A DNA stretch of 64,000 bases from TPA_inf: Saccharomyces (lineage: Eukaryota). The notes under the pieces are model-generated. The model was not told the DNA's origin and did not search any database. It was given only the letters and a program-made list of their open reading frames with translations. The stretch is taken from positions 1 to 64,000 of the forward strand of contig BK006936.2 of assembly GCA_000146045.2 (NCBI GenBank), in the 5' to 3' direction. The first letter of the stretch is position 1; each line of letters starts with the position of its first letter. A program made the position numbers and the translations under genes. Below are positions 59,822 through 64,000 of this stretch, one piece after another.

Positions 59822-60739
59822 TTACACAACAACACCGGAGTTAGATGCAACTCTTGGCCATAAATCGGCACATTCCTTACCGACTGGACCAGTGATGGCG
59901 GAACCCTTCATTTCACCCTTAGGATTAGCGATGACACCAGCATTGTCTTCGAAGTACAAAAAGACACCGTCTCTTCTTCTCCAAGACTTAGCTTGACGGA
60001 CAACAATAGCTGGCATAACCTTCTTTCTCAATTCTGGCTTACCCTTCTTAACGGTGGCCATAACCATATCACCTAGAGAGGCGGCTGGCAATCTGTTCAA
60101 TCTGGAACCAGAGCCTTTGACGGCGATAATGTACAAGTTTCTGGCACCACTGTTGTCAGCACAGTTCATGATGGCACCGACTGGTAGACCTAACTAGTTA
60201 AAAAAGATCTCAATATCGGGGAGTGAGAATAATTTTGTTAGTAAAAGCATAGGGAGAAAGTTAGCAGATGTGGTTAATCTTGAAAAATAGAGTTAAGCGT
60301 GATTTTTGTAGAAATAACATTTCGATGGTTATCCATTAGTATGGGCAAAAGAGGGAGTTAGGATATGCTTGCCGTGTATGATTTTGAAACCAGAAATTTT
60401 TGAGTCCATGAATATTGACAGGTATCACTTCATCTGCAAATACAGCCCGCTTAACCATTTAAAAACTGAATTTATGTGTGTAATTGCATCTTTGGCGGGG
60501 CGGTACCAGTGATGGCACATCTACCATTCTTATGGAAAATAACACCGATAGGTATATGATCAGGCTTCACACTTAGTGTTTAGCGTCTTTTAAACCTCTG
60601 TTTAATTCTGTTGTACCCAGCAAAATGAAATCTTGGAACTTTACTTTATGATCAATTTAACCAAATTGCATTGTGGAAAATAAAAATTTTAACATACTGA
60701 GATTCTAAACTTAGTACCTTGAGCACCGTTACCGGACAT
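59822..60739 (-). CDS. RPL23A: 60S ribosomal protein L23 (uL14); exon 1 60698..60739, intron 60194..60697 (504 nt), exon 2 59822..60193
   Basis: Exon 1 ATGTCCGGTAACGGTGCTCAAGGTACTAAGTTTAGAATCTCAG ([14 protein letters not shown]). GTATGT 5' splice site (plus-strand acatac 60692..60697). TACTAAC branchpoint (plus-strand gttagta 60237..60243). AG at 60195..60194. Exon 2 ...[27 protein letters not shown]... The track ORF 59822..60169 covers exon 2 only. Confidence 0.9.
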
Positions 60740-61201
60740 TATTAGTTATATATAGGTGTGTTGGTTTTGTATTGCTTGTAAGACCTAAGAGTCAAAATAA
60801 AGAAAGTAAGAGATTTTTAGCTACTAACCTTAGCAATACGATGGTATTACTATTAGCGGGAACAGGTACATTATGGCTACAGTTCGTTTCCTGCCATATT
60901 AATTTTTCAGCCCGAGCGTGTTTGGGTTTGATATTTTCTTTTTTACCTCTTTTTCAACATTTCCATGCAAGTCTGATGACGGTTGTACGGCTCGTTCTGT
61001 GAGCCGGATAAGCGATAAAAAAACTTGGTCTGTTGAAAATAATAACTGCATGGGTTTTTCAAAGCAGTTGGGGGTGTACAGATGTTAATGTAGTCTGATA
61101 TATGCTCTGTCTTGTCTTTTTATCTGGGGGATCATTAACATGGTAATAGTGATTGGTATTGCAAGCTTAAGATTATAATTACATAAAACAATACAAATAT
61201 T

Positions 61202-62602
61202 CTAGCCCGATGGGGTTATTATAGACCAGTTTTTGTTTTCTCTTATTCTATCTGTTAAAAAGTCCGTGGGGTTATTGTCTTCGACAGAGTTATTATCCTT
61301 GTCGCTCCCTTTATCATTAGCCGTATTTTCGTTATCCTCGTCATTATGAGTCCTCAGTTTTGCACGTTGTGCTCGTGACATATGACTCCAATTCTGCTTT
61401 TTCTCCAAATACTCTCTTTTGCCCATTGTGCTGTAGCCGTCATCGCTTGGATTTGGAGGCCAACTACTTGCCTTGTTCCCAAGGTTATTGCCATAATTTG
61501 GATTGTAGTACTCTTCTTCCATTTCGTTCAATCTCAATGCCTGTAAATCGATTAAATTTATGCCCTTCTCGTTCTTAGCCCAACCGTTTCCGCCTTGTAA
61601 AATATCTTCCACGCATTCTCTTGGCGTAAATTCACCTGGTCGAGGATCCCACGGTAATTTAAACGTTTTCTGGTACAAGCTCTCAATCAGTGGGCTCATA
61701 GAGGAAGATATTGTTGTTGACAGCCCTGGCTTTGTTGTCATTTCGCTACTCTTGTGGTTGGTAGAAGTCGGTGATTTAATACTTGTGCTGTTTCCTGTCG
61801 CATTTGTACCGGGTTTCGCTACAGTTGTTCCAATACCGTTAAAATTGGAGAATGTATTCTTGGGTGACATCTGGTTTGTTGTTGATGTGGGGCTAGATAG
61901 TTCAGACGTGTTATCCAGTATAGTATTTATTCCTGGCCTGTAATTAGCGAGCTGGCCATTAGTAAACGATTTGGAAATGTTGAAATCTTCGTAAGAGCCT
62001 CTAACTAGCTTCAACTGCAATGAGACGTTGATTATAGAATTGACCTTTGAGTGCTTTAGGAGAAATCTGTTTGTTGTGGGAGTTTCGTCTTCTTTGACGT
62101 ATTCTGTTATATCTATGTCTACTGTTCCCAATAGAAGTTTACCCGTTATCTTTTGAGAATATGAATTGTTTCCTGTGGCCGTTAGTGCAGTGGCGTTAGC
62201 ATAGGTCGTTTTCTTCACTTTGCCATTGGGACTAGAACTAGAAGTCAACGAGGAATTCGCATCAGCAAACTCAAAAAAAACATCCAACACCAAAATTTTC
62301 TTCAAGAATCTGCCGTTTTTATCCAAGTGGAGCTTCACCAGGATTGGTTTGTCTAATGAATAATTCCATTGTGCTCTATGATGTTGCACATGCACGTGTT
62401 TTGTTGTACCTCTACTCTGGGTCGAAGTGGTTTGATGCTCACCGTCCAGAGCCACTTTGTGTCCCGACGTACCTGTTCCATCCTTCAAACGCCATTTCGT
62501 GTAGCAATAGCCAGAAGATTGAGGAATATTTACCAATTCTTTGATTTGCAGGTCCAGTAGAAACTTTGGTCTTTTTGCCTTGCTATTATGATTAAATGGC
62601 AT
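61202..62602 (-). CDS. YBL086C: Uncharacterised protein with an N-terminal C2-like (NT-C2) region and a Ser/Thr/Asn-rich low-complexity middle, 466 aa
   Basis: MPFNHNSKAKRPKFLLDLQIKELVNIPQSSGYCYTKWRLKDGTGTSGHKV...; ATG-initiated full-length ORF. Confidence 0.75.
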   Translation of the reverse strand: MPFNHNSKAKRPKFLLDLQIKELVNIPQSSGYCYTKWRLKDGTGTSGHKVALDGEHQTTSTQSRGTTKHVHVQHHRAQWNYSLDKPILVKLHLDKNGRFLKKILVLDVFFEFADANSSLTSSSSPNGKVKKTTYANATALTATGNNSYSQKITGKLLLGTVDIDITEYVKEDETPTTNRFLLKHSKVNSIINVSLQLKLVRGSYEDFNISKSFTNGQLANYRPGINTILDNTSELSSPTSTTNQMSPKNTFSNFNGIGTTVAKPGTNATGNSTSIKSPTSTNHKSSEMTTKPGLSTTISSSMSPLIESLYQKTFKLPWDPRPGEFTPRECVEDILQGGNGWAKNEKGINLIDLQALRLNEMEEEYYNPNYGNNLGNKASSWPPNPSDDGYSTMGKREYLEKKQNWSHMSRAQRAKLRTHNDEDNENTANDKGSDKDNNSVEDNNPTDFLTDRIRENKNWSIITPSG

Positions 62603-63875
62603 CTTAATATTTTGTGAGCGGTATTATACCTTTCTTGGGTACCTAATACTTCTAAGCAACCTGAATGAAATTAGAAGGTGTTCACTCCTTCATTAGCAAG
62701 TGAGCTTTGCCGTTGTCACCGTACTTGGTCATCTTAAGAGATACAAAGGGGGGGGACCCTGAGAAAACTTCTCCCGAAAAAAAAAAAAGAAATATACCCA
62801 CGCGTTCTTTACCCGGAAATAAATATCTTGATTTAGCCGCCGAGATTGTTATATATGCATCCAAGACCTCTGAATGGTGGCTAATTAAGACACTTAACTG
62901 ATTACGTTTCCATCAACTGCTATCATGTTCGCAATATTTGGGCAAGAAATGAAAAAGAAAAGTTACCAACTCTTCTCCCTTCTACGAGCGGTGAATACAT
63001 GGGAGCCGAGCCGCATGAAGATGAAAGTAATATTAAAATTAAAGTCTCTATCGAAGCAGTGACTCTCTCCCTATCAGCCGGTAAATTTTTTTAACGAAGT
63101 GGAGCTAAATTATCAGAAAACGTAGAGCTGGTATGCTGGTAGATCTAAACGAAGTCCAGTTTACATCAAGATGATATCGTGCAATATTTACTACGGCATG
63201 ACTTAACAGTACAGTCATGATTTAGGAATTTGAGTGTTCTCCGGGGTTTTGCAGATAAAAATTTGTTTTCTTCTCTGCCATTCCTGGAGATTTTGAAAAG
63301 AGTTGGTAATGTGTTTCAAAAGAAAAAAATACATTCCAAGAATAAATACCAGGATTTCGTGACAAAAATTAAAAAAAAGGGAAGTATGGCATGCCTAGAA
63401 ATCTTTTCTGGAAAACTTGAAGCATATCATATAATTGTATGAACTTGTCCTTCAAAAGATGTTACCAAATATTCAAGAGTATGTGAGCTTTCTATTCTAT
63501 TGACGCGTAAGAAAGGCTATCACGTGTGGGGGGGAGAGCTCAGCCACATTGCACTACTTTCGAAACCGCGTAGTCGGAAACGACATTCCCCCGTACCAAA
63601 ACAAACGAAAGGACGTGAAAGGTAAATGAATAACATGGCACTAAAAATTTGGCAGAAAACGAAAAAAAAAAGGAAAAAGAAACTGAAAACTATACGCTTC
63701 CCTTAGGATACTTTCTGATTTACATCCGAAGAATTGGGTGCGTCAATTAAAGGCAATTCTTCGCTCTATCAAGCAGTTTTACTGCGTCTGTCTAAAGAAA
63801 CAATTGTTTTACTGAATTTCAACAAAGTTCTAACTCGAGGTGACCGGAGGCCACTGTAATAATAAAAAATAGAAG

Positions 63876-64000
63876 ATGAGTCTCGAAGGAAATACCCTAG
63901 GCAAAGGGGCCAAATCTTTTCCTCTGTATATTGCGGTAAATCAGTACTCTAAACGAATGGAGGACGAGCTCAATATGAAACCAGGTGATAAAATTAAAGT
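63876..64000 (+). CDS. BOI1: 5' end of BOI1 (SH3-domain polarity protein), truncated by the window edge
   Basis: MSLEGNTLGKGAKSFPLYIAVNQYSKRMEDELNMKPGDKIK, the start of an SH3 domain. My base count puts the ATG at 63875; 63876 follows the reference. Confidence 0.7.
   Translation, partial: MSLEGNTLGKGAKSFPLYIAVNQYSKRMEDELNMKPGDKIK

Noticed and set aside
63522-63527. CACGTG E-box (Cbf1/Pho4 type) in the BOI1 upstream region
   Set aside because: A single 6-mer. Plausible but not distinguishable from chance without occupancy data.

Overview
This window is recognisable from sequence alone as the left end of Saccharomyces cerevisiae chromosome II (TEL02L through the start of BOI1). Genes, order and coordinates match the published S288C reference, so this is a fully characterised eukaryotic region. 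I see no operon, CRISPR array, defence island or other undescribed system, and claiming one would be unsupported.

Layout, telomere to centromere:
- 1..~5850: truncated subtelomeric Y' element. It has a 36-bp minisatellite inside YBL113C and the two-exon Y' helicase YBL111C.
- ~5850..6610: CCCTAA/Tbf1-type repeats and an X element.
- 7605..7968: a frameshifted seripauperin gene (PAU9).
- 8875..9666: two Ty1 delta LTRs (one degenerate, one intact solo) next to tRNA-Leu(UAA).
- 9961..23536: a minus-strand run of MIX23, SRO77, PKC1, SEA4 and RTG3.
- 24098..28299: SFT2 and ECM21.
- 29644..35575: a full-length Ty1 (TYA/TYB with the CTTAGGC +1 frameshift site), upstream of intron-containing tRNA-Phe(GAA). 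Older LTR debris flanks it.
- 37053..64000: ATP1, BNA4, BRN1, MRX3, ROX3, RPL32, SCS22 (34-nt first exon), MAP2, MRP21, AVT5, TEL1 (8.4 kb), RPL23A (intron), YBL086C and the first codons of BOI1.

The supplied ORF track uses GTG/TTG as alternative starts. Several track starts (SFT2, ROX3, MRX3, ECM21, PAU9) are therefore upstream of the true ATG, and I corrected them.

The most interesting sequence-level observation is a textbook cryptic intron in the RPL32 leader: GTATGT, then TACTAAC, then a poly-U tract and AG, ending at the ATG. A tandem Rap1-site promoter lies 780 bp upstream of that ATG, with a GC-rich hairpin-rich block in between.

The other findings are the PAU9 N-terminal frameshift, the tRNA-linked Ty insertion hotspots, an inverted CCAAT-box pair upstream of ATP1, and in-frame upstream ATGs on SEA4 and AVT5. 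All gene identities are from my own recognition of the translated products and motifs. No database search was run.
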